Shown here piece after piece: positions 40,465-62,875 of a DNA stretch of 64,000 bases. Source of the stretch: Paraspadella gotoi (Eukaryota > Animalia > Chaetognatha). Both the position numbers and the translations under genes were made by a program. The DNA lies in the NCBI GenBank assembly GCA_051294375.1, contig CM119269.1, positions 16,233,010-16,297,009 on the forward strand. Reading direction: 5' to 3'. The notes beneath the pieces were generated by a model. That model was not told where the DNA came from, did not search any database, and saw only the letters and a list, made by a program, of their open reading frames with translations. Each line of letters begins with the position of its first letter. Position 1 is the first letter of the stretch.

Positions 40465-41738
40465 GAGACGAGAGAGAAGAGAGAGAGAGAGAGAGAAGAG
40501 AGAGAGACGAGAGAACACGAAAGTAGACAAGGAAGTAGAAAAAGATAATAGAGAAAAAGGTAGATCGAGCAAGCGGTAGATCCAAAGGAAGAGAGAAAGA
40601 GTAAGAAGTACATAGCCAGAGAGCAAAGAAAGGTAGAGCCAGAGAGGTAGAGCGAAGAGAGGAAGAGCGAGAGAGGTAAAGTGAAGAAAGGAAGAGTAAG
40701 TGAGGTAGAGCGAAGAAAGGAAGAGCGAGAGAGGTAGAGCGAATAAAGGAAGAGCGCGAGAGGAAGAAAGCAAGTTAGAGAGACATTGACGACGAGTTTC
40801 GCTTTTTCCGTCAAACGATCGAAGCCTCGTCGTTCGAGATAAAAATAAAATAACAAATCGTTTTTGTCTCAATTTTCGTTTCGCGTCATTTTTTCCCGTC
40901 GGCGTCACTGATCTCGTCTCTCGACGTCATCCTTCTTCCGGATCCACGATCGCGTCACGTGACGATGTCGCCGCCGCTGCCGCCGCCGACCCGAAACCGT
41001 AAATCTTCCCGGGGAAACACCCTCCAACCGGTCGCCACCCACGACGCGGCCGATTTAGAGAGGGTGTATTATTTATTTATTATTTATTATTATGTATTAA
41101 ACTAGTTAGAAAGTCCCATGCTAAAAACATAAGCCCGACAATTGGTACACTTCTTGGAGAATGTCGTTTTGTTAGCGTTCGTAGCCGAAAATTTAGCAAA
41201 AACCCTGCAACCAACATTGGCGCTTTTTTCGCTTCTATGAATCCAAACTTCAAACAGCCCTCGTGAGTCGTGACATCCCCTTACCAAGGCTCACTCCATA
41301 AACATTCCCTTTACAACCGTCGAGAGGTCGAATACGACGCCGCGCTGTGGATTCTCCCGAGGGTTTGGCTGAGGATAACTCACCTTCGACGAAGATTAAC
41401 TTGCCTCTTTTTTTTACGGAAGTCGTTGCGTAGTATTTTGGGTCTCGTGCGTGACGGGTCTCTGTCATGATATTCTCCTTAGGGTTCGCATAAAGGTGAT
41501 GGCGTAGAAATCGAGCTGTTGCTTTTTCCTGATTTTTTCCTCTCATACATTCAGGAAAAACTAAAAAATATTTCCAATACTGGTGTTGATTTACAAATTA
41601 GAAACAAATGCTAGGACAAACTTCCTTACTTTTATTTCGAAGGCCTATCAGACCTTTTAACTTTTTTTATTTTTTTTTATATTATTTTTTTTATTTTTTT
41701 AATGTTTAACAGTATCATAAATACATTCATCGGAACAC

Positions 41739-43330
41739 AAGGCAAGAGAAGAAAAAACACCAGAGGTAAGAAAACAAGAGAAGAAATTAAATACAATTTC
41801 CCTTATTGAGTTTTCATTCTATTTCTGACAAGAAACGGGAGAGAAAGGCAGTAAAGGCTTGACGGAAAACCACGAAGAAGAAGGTACATGTCTAATTGTC
41901 TATGCTTGTTGGTGATGTTGTTTTAATAGATAAATTATGATTAAAACCACTGGTCATTCTATTCAAAAAAAAGGTATATAGTTTTTACCTAGATGGAGAG
42001 AGCCAACTCGGCTGCAAGTACAAACAGTTCTTAATTGTATATTGTTTTAATTTTATCACTTCCTTCCTCAAATGACCTGATCATTTTAACCCCGTTTCCC
42101 TCCTTCGACTCTAAGCCAATCGAGGCAGTGGGAGAAAACTCTTTTTCCCGGCCAACTCCTCGGAAAACTACTGCCCAAGAAGGAGGAAAAGAAGCCGCCT
42201 TGTCCTCTTTGTCCCATAATCGAAAGCTATCCAACCGCAATCTTGCTGCCCCATGCTGTCGCTCCTTGCCCGCTCCTTGTCCTTCCCCTTGTCCTCCCCA
42301 CCCTCCCCTCTTGTTTCAGCAAAGTGTCCGCCACCTTGTCCTCCGCATGTATCCTCCCGCACAATGTCCTCCGCCATGTCCTGCCCCTTGCCCCACACCA
42401 TGTCCCTACTCCTTGCATAACCCATGTCCTCCTCCTTGTCCTTCTCCTTGTCCCTCCTCCTGTCCGCTCCCCTTGCCCGCCTCCTTTTCCGCGTCCCTTG
42501 CCACCGCCTGTGTCCACCTAAGTGCCCCACGTTGCCCTCCCCAAGCTCCTCCATGTCCAGCGCCACCAGCCAAGCAACGTGGCTATAATCTCTTTCTGAC
42601 GCCTCCTTGTCCCGTCGCCTTGCGACGAATGCGGCAACAACAGCAGTAAGAACGTCACCAACAACAACGCTACCGGCTGCTGCAGCGAGGGAACGAACAA
42701 CGCCAAGTCTGGTCGCTGTATGACGACTCAGTTGGCGAATAACATGACGGGCGGATGCTGCAACGGCCCCGACTGCTCGACGAGGGCAAAACAGATCCAT
42801 GTGGTTGAAGTAGGTGAGGAAATGGACAAGTCCGACCAAGTTCGTCCAAGTCCGACCAAGTTCGACCAGAAGAACACAAACGCCAACTGTAACGACGACG
42901 ACGACGACGTTACTAACAAAACTTCGAACTCGGCGAACTTCTATGAAAAAGCGGAGAGCGGGAAAGAAGAGAGCCGCGGCAGTAGCGCTGAAATCGACGA
43001 AAACGCTGCCGACAATGAGAATGCCCACAACTCGAATGAGGAAAACGAAAGGTAATTTGATTTACTGTTTTGAAATCGAGGATTGATTGATTGATTTTTT
43101 GGGGGTCACAAATCAATAGAATGATTTGTGGCAGTAACCACAGATTTTTGGTTTTCTGATTGATTCAATTTCCCAGGTCAAACTCCTCAAACAATGACGA
43201 CGGTGAAGAGTAAGCTTGGATCACATCCTTTACCTCCGCCTCCACCTAAGACGGCGCTGACTCTACCTCCGACGGCGCCGACTCCGCTTCCGAGGACGCC
43301 GCCTACACCTCGAACGGCGCCGATCCGCAT
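41739..43330 (+). pseudogene. Degenerate tandem paralog of the CPPP-repeat gene (exons 1-4 plus an exon-6-like piece)
   Basis: The exon order matches. Exon 1-like sequence ends at 41765 with ATG replaced by AAG. Exon 2 (41833-41883) ETGEKGSKGLTENHEEE aligns with EKGKSGSKVMSDNQGDE, IEAVGENS aligns with MDAIGQDS, and there is a frameshifted CPPP array at 42250-42640. NNAKSG.CMTT.L..NMTGGCCNGP.CSTRA is shared. The exon near 43177 reads SNSSNNDDG then stops. It could be partly a low-quality consensus rather than a true pseudogene. Confidence 0.7.
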
Positions 43331-43849
43331 CTGACTTTTCCTTCGACGGCGTTACGCTTCCCGCTCTAATTAATTGTCTGATTGATTGTCGATTCGAAGG
43401 GATTTAACAGTATTTAAAAAACGTTTCCGATCTATATTTATATACTCTTTCTTTCAATATTAGTTGTTAGAAATTAATAAAAAAAACATCCCGATGTAAA
43501 TCTCCAGCTCGAGGCCTTTTACATCAAACGCTCTTCACTCTTAAAGTAAAACTTTTAGAAACATCCCCGTTCCACTCGTCAGTAGGTTGCGATGACGGCG
43601 CACATTTGATTCTTGCGAGTTGCTGCCATTCTTAAACATCACTAATTAAAATTAAAAAACGAGTTTTTTTGTTCATCATTGACGGACTTACTTTTTTTCT
43701 TCTCCTGATCTTTATTAACTCGTCTAGAACATATTCCCATTAATATTTTTCTTTTTTTTTATATATATTTTTTTACACGATCATGGTCCAAAGTCAACTT
43801 TTCTAAAATTTTATATTGATTGTATTTTTTTTTCTTTTTTTTTTAATTA

Positions 43850-44091
43850 CATGGCAACAGCCGGGTTGCCTGTGATGCCCATTTGGATGTTGGCTTTGGG
43901 GGTTTCCGACCCTCAGTGACGCCTCCTGTCACTGGCGCGGTTACCATAGGACGGTCTCGCATTGCCAACGCGGAGGGAAGTCGATATGACTGTCACAGTC
44001 ATAACGTCACTGTGGAACGCAACGCCGGGGATGGTCCGTTCCCCCTCTGAAATCGATGGCTGACGTGAGGCGCTGTGAATATATCGCCACA
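43850..44091 (-). mobile_element. Structured solo-LTR-like element, family B
   Basis: It is highly similar to 28132-28387 and has a perfect 4-bp TSD ATTA. Confidence 0.8.
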
Positions 44092-45056
44092 ATTACACCA
44101 TTTGTTATAAAATAGATTTCATTTTCATTTTCCCCTTTTTTTTTTCACCAAACCTCATTTTCACCTCACCTCCTATTCCCTCAAAATTTTCCCATTTGGC
44201 CTTTTTCACCCGCGACTAATCACCGAATCACCGAAGACACGAAATTCCATTTTCTTTCGACTTTGAACTTTTCCCCCGATTCGATCAGCGACGCCGTCCG
44301 TCTGGCGCCGACGGCCTCCCGGATGTAACTCGCGATGCCGAAGATCGCGGGGATGTAATCGGCGAATCTCCGAGTGTAAATATGAGTCGAGGATTTGGGC
44401 GCGTTTCTCCCAATTTCCCGGCTCAATAATTTATTCATGGGCGCGCGAAGCGGGAAGGGATCGGTGACGGACAGGGAGCGGACCTCAAGGAGCGGACGTG
44501 AGATGCTCCGGAGCGACTCTCACAGACATCGAGGAGTAGACTTGAAGGAAGAAATGGCTCGTCAACGGAGAATTCACTATTTCGCAGTTTCTTTGTTTGT
44601 GCCAACGAATGATCAGTCATCATTCCAAAATAGGCAATATAAATCGCGAAATTAAATAATCGAACGTAAACAAACAGGCGCATGTTTAAGCTTGCTAGGC
44701 GTGTCTTTACAAGAAATATTATCATGAAAAATATATTTTATTGTTCGTAAATTGTTTTGAATTCTTATAAAGAAGAGGAATCGTAAGCCAAGGGGCGAAT
44801 AAAATCTCCGATGTACGCATCAATGAAAAAGTAAAAACTCATCCAATAAGGAACATTTCGATACCAAATAAACAAACGTTAGGTAACATCTTTACTTTCC
44901 TCCCAAAGGCCGATTCGACCTTATACCCCATTTTTTTTCCTTCATCTTGTTTTTTTACTTTTTTTTACTTTTTTTATTTTTTTTATTTTTTTAAGTTTTT
45001 TTTTTTAATTTCGTTTTCGACTGATTCGTATTTTCTTCGGTGGCCATCGGAGCGAA

Positions 45057-49303
<4,247 letters not shown>

Positions 49304-49512
49304 AGCCGACGAGGAGAATAACAACAACAACGACGATGACAACAACAACGGCATTTCGTTCCATGTCCAATTTTTTAATCCGTCTTAGAAATTGTTCTTT
49401 TCTTCCGAAAAATACATTTCTTTTGTAGTGAAAAAAAGTTTTCGTTTGACTTTTTTTTAATTTTTAGCTTTTAGAATTATATTTTTAAATTTTTTTTTTT
49501 TTTGAAACGTGA

Positions 49513-52446
49513 TGTGGCTTCGAAGTTGGCGAGGTCAAGACGAGGAGGACAACTGCTGCCGCCGACCGGGTGAGAATCACTGTGGACGGAAGAATGTTGA
49601 GTGGAGATCAGCTCGGTTTGGTGGGATCGGCTATTCGCGTTATGATTGCACTAATCATAATTCACCGGAGAATAAAGCTTACATTATTTAGGAGATATTA
49701 ACCAAAACGTCGGATGTTGGCGCCGAAAACCAAACCTGATTTCCTCCGATTTTTGGATTAGTCTATTAGATCTATTAGTTCTATTAGATTTAATCATTAT
49801 ACAATCGAGATTTTTTTCTCTCATCCTCGCAGGAGGAGAAGAATGCGAAGAGGAAGACAAATCCCTTAGCGGAAAATGCTACGCGAGCCAATGTGGAGGC
49901 CAGTGAAGATAATTATCTAACAATGTAGTTAATAAATCAATGAATCAATCAATCAATCAGGCAGCGGCGAATGGCAGAAAGGCGACTGTCGGGATCGACC
50001 TGGCGGCGCCGACGCGAATTGGGGCGATAATTGGGAGACGACGCCGGAAGAAAGCAGAGACAAGCGCCCAGATGCGCGCTCCAGTAACGCGTCGCCACCG
50101 GAATGGATGGTGCCACCAAAATATGCAGCGCCGAAAGAAGCGCCACCAATTTCGTCAAAAGCGCAGACTGGTCACCAGACGACGCCGCGTCGTGCGGAGC
50201 CGAAATTCGCCGACTTTGGACCAAACGTAAGTGGGTCTAACGTAAGAGAAGAAGAACCAACAACGCCGGAGCCATTGGCGCCGAAACGAGACACGAATCG
50301 ACGCCCAAAACCGGCGTCAACTGACCCCCACAGATGCCACGAGGTCGACAATCAGGCAGGCGGCGTCGTCGTCTCCAAAAAGGGTGATGGCTGCTGGCGT
50401 GGGGCGTGGATTGCGTTGTGGGAGTTGGAAGGAAGAAGGATATGAATCAAATATTCTATTCTAATCTATTCTATTCTATTCTATTCTATTACTATTTTAT
50501 TTATTCTATTCTATTCAAATCTATTCTATTATACACTATTTTATTCTATTCTATTCTATTCTATTCTATTCTATTCTATTTTATTCTATTCTATTACTAT
50601 GAAAATTTGCAAATTACTTGTTTCACTATTTTCTATTTTTATATTTTATGAAGGATTTAGTATTTAATCTTATTATTTAATCAAATATATATTGCTTTCT
50701 TTCTTAAAAATGTTTTATTTATCTAATAATTCAATTTGGGAAGGGGAAGTCAGTGTTGTCTTCTGGAAATAGAGGGAGCATCTATACAACACAAGGTTAG
50801 ATTACTATCTGTCCTAGTTTTCTAATAGATATTACACATCATTTCTGTTAGAAAGTCATTAATGAAAAATCATAATATCTAAGAGGCTGAACAGAAAGGG
50901 GTGGGAATGGATAATTTTTTGAGGGGTGATCAAAGTTATATATGATTTTTTTTACTAATAAGGATAAGACTACCATGTAGAATTGTATGTTCTGATAGGG
51001 ATACATACCGGGGAAAGGTCTATAGGGGCACCTTTATGTCATGAATATAATTTTAAAATTATATTTTTTCTTTATTCTACTTTTTAAATTATTTCTTTTT
51101 TGAATATTTTTTATTTTTTATTTTTATACAATGGGAAGGTCATCAGTTGGGAACCTATACCCTTCATGGATTTTTATTTTATTTAAATCTATTTCGCTCA
51201 AATCAATTTGAATAAATACTTCTAGCTAAAAGTTATCATTTTATTTGTTATTATTTTTTTAATACTTATCTTCTATTATTAAATAATTAATATTATTTTT
51301 TTCTTCCGCAACAGAACGAATCGAATTTGAAAAGATGATCTCGTCTTTGTTGGAGGCGGAGCGGCGAAGGGCAGACTCCGTCTTTTCTCCGATCGGGAAG
51401 AAGAGCGGCGAAGGCGAACGCGGTGGAGGCGGACGCGGAAGCGACGGAGCCGGACGCGGCAAAGGCGTCGGACGCGGCGGAGTCGGAGGCGGCGCTAGAA
51501 AACTATTCGAAAGGCGAAAGGGACAGACGAAGTTCGCCCTTCAGTTCGCAGGAGGCGGAGGGTTTAATCTGGGACCGTCGATGGGCGGTTGGAGGTTTGA
51601 CGAAATTGACGACGAGGTGAGGCGCTGGGGTTTGAAGGTGGTGATGGGGTTGGACAAGGTCGTTTCATGTGATTGAGAAAGTTGCTGGAGAGAAAAGAAT
51701 TTTAAGTTTGACCGTTTAGTCAAGAAAATTGTTCATGTTCAGTTTCCTTGGCTTGCGGAGTGATTTTCGAATATTTCCTGAGTATCTTGTTCATATTCTA
51801 ATAGTTTATTATTATTTATTTTATTAATGCTTACAAGCTGTCTGTCTATATTCATCTTTTCACTGAAGATTCCTCCCCGAGAAACGTGTCTAAAATAATG
51901 AGAAAATTTAGTAAGAACACGAATGGTTCCATTACATGCTGAGCTCGGCCAATGAGGGTCTCTCGGCTTCAGTCCTGCAAAGGAGGAAAGTTTAACCACA
52001 GAATCTCGATTCGAACAGAAATGCCCGGACATGGGAGAGGAGGGGACGCGCTCCGTCGAGACGCAAACTGACGAGAAGGGGATTAAAGGAAAGAAGATGA
52101 ATAAGGTTAAGGGAGGGAGGAAAGGGGAGGAAGGGAAAGAGGGGAAGAAGGGGTGGAATAAATTAAAATAAAAGGGAGAGAAGCAAAGAGAGGGATGAAG
52201 AAGAAGAGAAGAGAAAGGAAGAGGAAAGAAAAAGTAATAAGAAAAATAAGAAACAAGTAAGAGAAGTAATGAGAAAGAAAAACGATGATAAAAGAAAAAG
52301 AATAGAAAAAGAAAGTGAAAGGAGAGGAAAGCTTCATGGGTTAAAAGATAGCTGGGCCATAAGGGGCAAAGGAATGAGAGATAGAATTCATGAAATAATT
52401 ATTGCGAGATAGAACCATAATAGGTCGAGAGTCGAAAGGAAAAAAA

Positions 52447-52534
<88 letters not shown>

Positions 52535-52867
52535 AAAAGAGAGAGGGAAAGAAAAAAAAGAAAGAACTACCATTGCCCCTTTAGCAGCCTAAACAACAAC
52601 AACAACATCAACTTTACAACTCGATCACCAAAAATCACCAAAAATCACCGAAAATCTCACCAAGAAAAGTATCCCCACCGGTTTACTTTACAAGCTCGTC
52701 GACGAGTCGGTGGACATCGTCGTCTCCGCGACGCCGGGATTCGTCGTCGACAAACTAAACGGCATCCTTCCGGCGACGCGCGCCGACGCCGTCGTCAGAG
52801 ACAAAAAGAAACGGCGCTCCGTCTCTTTCTTCACGACGTTCTTGGATCGATTCTACATCGAAAAAGG
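49513..52867 (+). CDS. Possible further multi-exon gene of unknown, low-complexity product
   Basis: GC-rich blocks are bounded by plausible splice sites at about 49513-49568, 49833-49890, 49961-50385, 51314-51616 and 52585-52867. No domain was recognised and phases are not fully resolved. Confidence 0.3.
50452..50597. repeat. (TTCTA)n microsatellite
   Basis: Imperfect pentanucleotide array seen directly. Confidence 0.9.
52447..52536. repeat. (AAAG)n microsatellite
   Basis: Perfect tetranucleotide array seen directly. Confidence 0.95.
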
Positions 52868-53512
52868 TTTATGAGCGTTCGGGGGGATGTTCACTGTTCC
52901 GATGGCTCGAAATGGGGGAAGGCGATCGAGAAGATGGTTAAGGCGAAGGCGCACAACCGCTATGTCGTTGACGATAATTAACACAACGATGAGTAAACTA
53001 TTTAATGTATTGTTTTCACTCATGAGTCGTAATATTGAAATGAATACAACAACTACAATGGCGATGGCAACTACGAGTCCAACTTAATTTATAATCGTAT
53101 CAAATCCGTTTCTGTTATCACCGATTTTTGTCATCTTTTCCGTTTTAATCCTCATAGAATTAAAAATTTTGGCAATAATAACAAATAATGACAAAAAAAG
53201 GAAGGAAATTGTGATTCTTCACTCGGTGATGTTTGGCTCGGTGATCATTTACGTGATTAGTGTCATCTTGTAATTTTAGCCGAGAGGCCTTTTTGAGTTG
53301 GACTTTCAACGTCGCTGCCGCCGCCGCCGCTCCGCCGCCACCGCCGCCACCGCCGCCACCGTCGCCGCTGTCCTGTTCGGTTTTAGTTTTTTTCAGTTTT
53401 TAATTTATTTTTATTTTTTTCTTGAAACCCGCTCGAGAAAGGGAAGGAGAAAAAAAATGTATATCGTATCTGTCTATGCTCTCTTTATTTCTTTTTCTCT
53501 ATTGTTTTCCCG

Positions 53513-53601
<89 letters not shown>

Positions 53602-56600
53602 CTTTTGTTTTCCCCGCCGCCTCTCATCGCTGATTGTTTTTTTGGTTGTACCTCTTTTACCGATCGTGATTTTGGTCACCCAGGTGTGAATGAAAAGAGA
53701 GATCGAAGATTAGAGAAAAAAAAGTTAAAACAATGGAACTTTTTTCGTTTTTTTTCTGTTGTTGCCGACGGCGGCGACGACGGACTTAAAACAATAAAAA
53801 AAAAGTTTGACAAAGTTTGAAAAAAATAAAGTTTTATTTCATTTTTTTTCATTCCATTTTTTTGTAACGTTGTGAGAGAATAGAATTTCTCCTATGCCTA
53901 TGGATACGAGATTGGGGTCGGAAAGGACGCGACGTTATTCCTTAGTTTCGGCTGGACTCTCGAAACCTCTTTGTGAGGTTTAACTCCACAGATAAAACAG
54001 ATAATATATGTTTAACTCTCGGGTATTAAACATTTATCATTATCAAGCCGCCGCAGCGAATGTTTTCAACTCCCCGAAGGAAACACTTGTTCTTCGGGTA
54101 TCAAAATGTCACGATCATAGTTGATTTGCGGTTTTCTTTTAATCAGATCTAATTTGTCTCGTGTGCTTTCTTGCTCAAATCAATTTGTAGATTAACGGCG
54201 GATTAAAGGACTTTTCATTCAGATTTGAAAAACAATCAGGCTTTGTTTCTTTGCTGGAATAAATTACCAGCAGTGAAAACCAAACTCAACCTTTGACTTT
54301 ACGTTTTATTTCAGCGTTGCATCAAAGTTAACAGTTTAATGACATAAAATAAAAGGCTCCCTTTTAGCGCATTGATTTCTAAAAAGATTAGTTTTTTTTT
54401 TTCTTCCTTTTGTTCTAAACAGACCGCTCGAGTGTCTTTTTTATTACGATCCTTAGCAAAGAGAATTAGATATAAGGTTAACCTAAAAAGTCTGGCTTCC
54501 TCCCATTTTCCTCCACCCAGAAAATATTACCCTCTTCGCCGCTTTCATTATTGCCACATCCAACTGCCCTCTGGCACAGCGCTGATAGGCGAAGCCAAAG
54601 CAGCGCTGACCTTCCCTATACAGTATGCTAACCGCAAGTAGAAGCCATTGCGAGCGGGGTCGACCCCATTAACATTAAAAATTCCCATATTATTAATTCT
54701 TTGCCCCGACTCAGGCCAGTGTATGGAGGCGAAGGGAAGCGGGGGCAGCAACCGCGCGCCAGCGATGGCACGGAGGGCATCCGTCGTTCGCGAACGTCCG
54801 CCATCCAACCGTCGCAATTCCAGCGGAGAGAAGGAGAAGCAAATGGTGGCATTAAACTCTAGAGGAAATGGCGGCCATGACCGGCCAGAGTCTTAGTATT
54901 GTGCTGGGTGGCAAGCATGCTGCACCGTTATTGCGCAGAGGGCAACGCAGTCACCCGGCTCTGCAGCGCTGGCTGCTCAAAATGTTGTCTCGTTGCCTCT
55001 CCGTGGCAGCTCCACTCTCATGGTGTCAAGCCTATGAACTGTTTGCTATGCAAAGGTTAGAAATAATGTAAAAGGAAGGAAATAGCTTCGCACGGATGAA
55101 TGGTTGTGGCAGCTTTCAGAAATAGTTTTCTGCCCAAAGAGCAGGCGCAGCGCTGAAGTGATGTCAAAAAGAAGGGTTATCAAAAAAATATAAGGCCAAA
55201 GGCCAAAATGTCTTTGGAAAACATGATTGAAACAATGGCTCAGTGCTGAGTAATAAAAAGAAAATTTTTCCCTCGCTAAATTATAATAAGAGTTTTATTT
55301 CACTTGACTATAACCTGCATTAATTTCAGGTTTTTGTTTCTCCTAAAGTGACAAATTCCAGTCACATCAGATTTTCTCTAGCAAAAAAAAAACCATTTCA
55401 ATATGTTTCAAGGAATCAGCAATGGGTTCAAGTGTTTGTTAGTAAATACGGTCAATGCGTTCTGTCCACAAAATAGGAAATTCAAACAAAGCCTTGCCTC
55501 TCAACTGACTGAACTTTCTGTCAGCCACGCTTCATCAATATCCTAACCACATTTTAGATGACTCATCTTGCTTCTGGCGCCGCTGCCAAAGATCACGCTT
55601 TATATTACCCCTTGGTGCAGCGGGCAGCGCTGCGGCCATTGGAGGGTGGAGAGCAAGTGGAACTCAAGACCTCGGGTGCAGAGGAGCGCTAACCTCGTGA
55701 TCCATCAGGAGAAAGAGAGAAACGCATATCACAAGAGAAAGAGAGTGAGTGTGTGTGTGTGCCAATGGATTTGTGACCGCATAAGAGTGGGGGAAAGAAC
55801 TATAATGAAGAACCGGGTGCCAAGACCCTTTGACAAAGGCCGTATGTGTATTGACCAAAAGGGTCGCGAGAGGAAGTATTGAAACTAACTAGTGTCAAAG
55901 GTATTGACCGAATAAAAACTGCCGGGTCTTGTTGCTCCTAAGGGAGACATTGAGTTCAAAGAGTGAAAGAGAGAGAGAGAGGGGAAATTTCCCAGTATAA
56001 ATATAAGTATCTATAATGCTCATTTATCTATTCAACCGGTACACACAATGGACCCCGAAATATATTTTCTCGGTGAGGTAACGAGCCAATACAGTTCAAA
56101 CAAAAGCACAAAGAAAGCCATTCTGGACATAAATTATGTTGAATGATTGGCAAGAGCGTAGAGCGGATGGCAGCACTGGGGTCAAAGTTCCCAACCGCCT
56201 CAGTGAAGAGGCTGTGACTCACATTGATGGCAGTCAGCGCTGAGGAGCGCTCAATGTCCGCTGGGGCAGATTTTCCATCGTCTTAGATCAGGCCATGGTT
56301 CTTGTGTTTCAGCGCTGCGTTTTTCTTCTGGCAACAACGCTGCCCACGAAGAAAGGATGCTCGGCGTTCGACGACAAAGTGACGTCCGAGGAAGCGTTAG
56401 CCACGACGATGATGCCCAAGACGACGTCAATGACGGGCAACTATTGCAAGTGCAACAAGCGCTGAAACTGCCAGAACCAAGGCGGTCACATTTTTACGTG
56501 CTTTTGTTTCAGCGCTGCATTGGTTGCGGTTTTTTTTTCAGAAGGCGTATGTATCAAGAGAGGCTGGACAATTGTTTTAAAAGGCGACCATATATTTTTT

Positions 56601-57991
56601 TTTTGTTTTTTGAAAATGAAATTAGTTCTCACCAATAGTTTTTTATGTCCTCACTTCTTTTCAGAATTGAAAAAAGAATTTGCATACCATATTCTTTATC
56701 AGTTTGTTGCTGATAGCTCTTTGTCAGTCATATTATTGTTTCAAGGGACACCAAAAGGAAAAAAAAACTGTCTTCCTTTGTGGAGTCTAAAGATTTTAGA
56801 GGTAAAAAACTAAATGGGAGCAATCCATCATCCAACAGCTGATTAGTGAAAAAAGATAAGTGCCGTCATTGAAACAAAAGGCGCTGAGAGGCAAAAAACT
56901 CCAAGTGAAAGGCGACTTGTTTTTTTGTGTGTCTGTGCTCGATCTCTCTCTCTCTCGGTCTCTCTGTCTCTGACTCTTTCTTTCTTTCTCCCTCATTCTC
57001 TATCTGCTCTAATTTTATGCTAAAATTAAAAAAAAAAGGATTATGTTCGAAATGATTCATTTCTATTTGTTTCGTTTCTCTCTCTCTATCTTTTCTTTCT
57101 AGAGTTGAACTCGTTCTATGAAAAAAAAATGAAAACTTTTTTAATCGAAATCGAAGGATTAAAAAAAAATTAAACAAAACAACAACAACGACGACAAAAT
57201 AAAAAAGTCCGTCGACTGACGGCACAATTTTTTTAATAATTCTTTTTATTCAATAAAAGTTTTTCGACGCCGATCTTGACAAAAGACGCCGATTTCTCGA
57301 TCGACGCCGTTGTGAAGCTCGGCGACGAAGAAAAGCGGCGCCGCCGACGGAGAGACGAGCGCCGTCGAAGAGCGCCGCGCGCGTGGAGGAAAGGGGAAGA
57401 GGGAAGAGACGAGGAAGAATATTTTAGGAAGAAAAGACGCCGGGCGATAATCATCGCGAAGGGAAGCGAGTGTAAAAAAAAATAATCATTTTATCGGCGC
57501 GAAATTTTGTGATAGATTTATTGAGTAAAGAAAGGAAAAGAACAATCTAGGTCGTGTTATTAATGTTATTGAATAAAAGTTTTTATATATATATATTTTT
57601 TTTTCCCTCAGTTCATTTCCATGTTTTTATATAAACTATGCAATAAATATATGAATAAAAAAATCCCTCTAAAACTATAAAATACGAATCTAAATATATT
57701 CATTTTCATTTTTTATTTCTTTATTTTTTATAATTTCATCTGAATCTCATCTGTTCTTTTGTAAAGTATTGATTTAAAGTAATGAATTTCCTAAAAAACT
57801 AAAGGAATGAAAATAACTATCGAGGTCTTTCAAAAATTTATCATGCATGGTGTAGGCCAGACAAGTCTTCTCGAAGCTGAATATAAACAATGTCGGAAAA
57901 AAATACGACAAAAAAAATTAATAACATCTCAATTATAATTATTATCCCTTTGTGTTATTTCCTTTCTTTCGTTGCGTAGTGATTAGTAGAT

Positions 57992-58036
57992 AACGCTGAT
58001 GAAGACTCGCAGATCAAGAGTCGAAACATGTACGTT
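57992..58036 (+). ncRNA. Minimal type I hammerhead ribozyme (Penelope-like-element type)
   Basis: Stem I is AACG/CGTT, the core is CTGATGA(+A) at 57996-58003, stem II is GACTC/GAGTC, followed by GAAA, a palindromic stem III ACATGT and cleavage triplet GTA (58030-58032). AATAAA lies at 58045. Confidence 0.85.
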
Positions 58037-58945
58037 TCATTTGAAATAAAATCGTTGTCGAATTAAAATTCAAACTCTACTAATTATTACCCATTAAAGT
58101 TAAACTACCTTTGATAAACTTTTCTCGTTAATTAGGTAAACTCTCGCTTATGAACTACCGCTTCGCCGTTTTAAGGTGAAAAATAAGGCAAGTCTCATTA
58201 ATCCGAACCGTGCATTTTTATCGAAATTTCATATGTGGGAACTGGGAAATCGGAGGTCATACAAACTCAGGCTGAGAGTGAAAAGCTTAACTGGTTTATC
58301 TTTTGTTTATTATATCTTTACGCCGTGACTCTACTGAGCTCCAGAATAGATTTTAAAAACAAAAGGCAATTGATTTCCCATTTAATTTTAACTATTTCCA
58401 TACTGACCATAACATGAGAAACAACATTTAAGGAGGATTTATCATAATGTAAAACAAAACATTCCAAAGTAATTTAAAACCGTAGTGTTAAAAAAAAAAA
58501 TTTGTCTAAAACGCATAATATTGTTTATGAAAAAAATACATTAAATTAAGAACTGAGCGTGAGCAACGCCCTCATTAGCTAAGGTTTATTTAATTAAATT
58601 CATTATTATGTCAGGCCAATAAGCTAAAAACAATTCCAAGAATCTTGATCAAAAAGTAAGTAAATTTCGCTCTCGTTTTTTTTCCCCAATAATTTTTCAT
58701 GCAAATTAAACATTCTAAGCTACTTTTTGTTTTTATAACATAACTGTTGACCATTAGCAGACTTTACAAGTCAAAATCTCAGCGGTCGTGCCACAAAGAG
58801 TAATTAGAGAAAAGTAATGTAAACATTTGAGAGACACAAATATTTAAAAAAACGTTTCCATTATACTTCGCATATGAATTTCGAATATTATGTTGCTTTC
58901 GAAAATTTGACTAAAAGCAGTAAACGGTCCCCATTAACCACCTGT

Positions 58946-62875
<3,930 letters not shown>

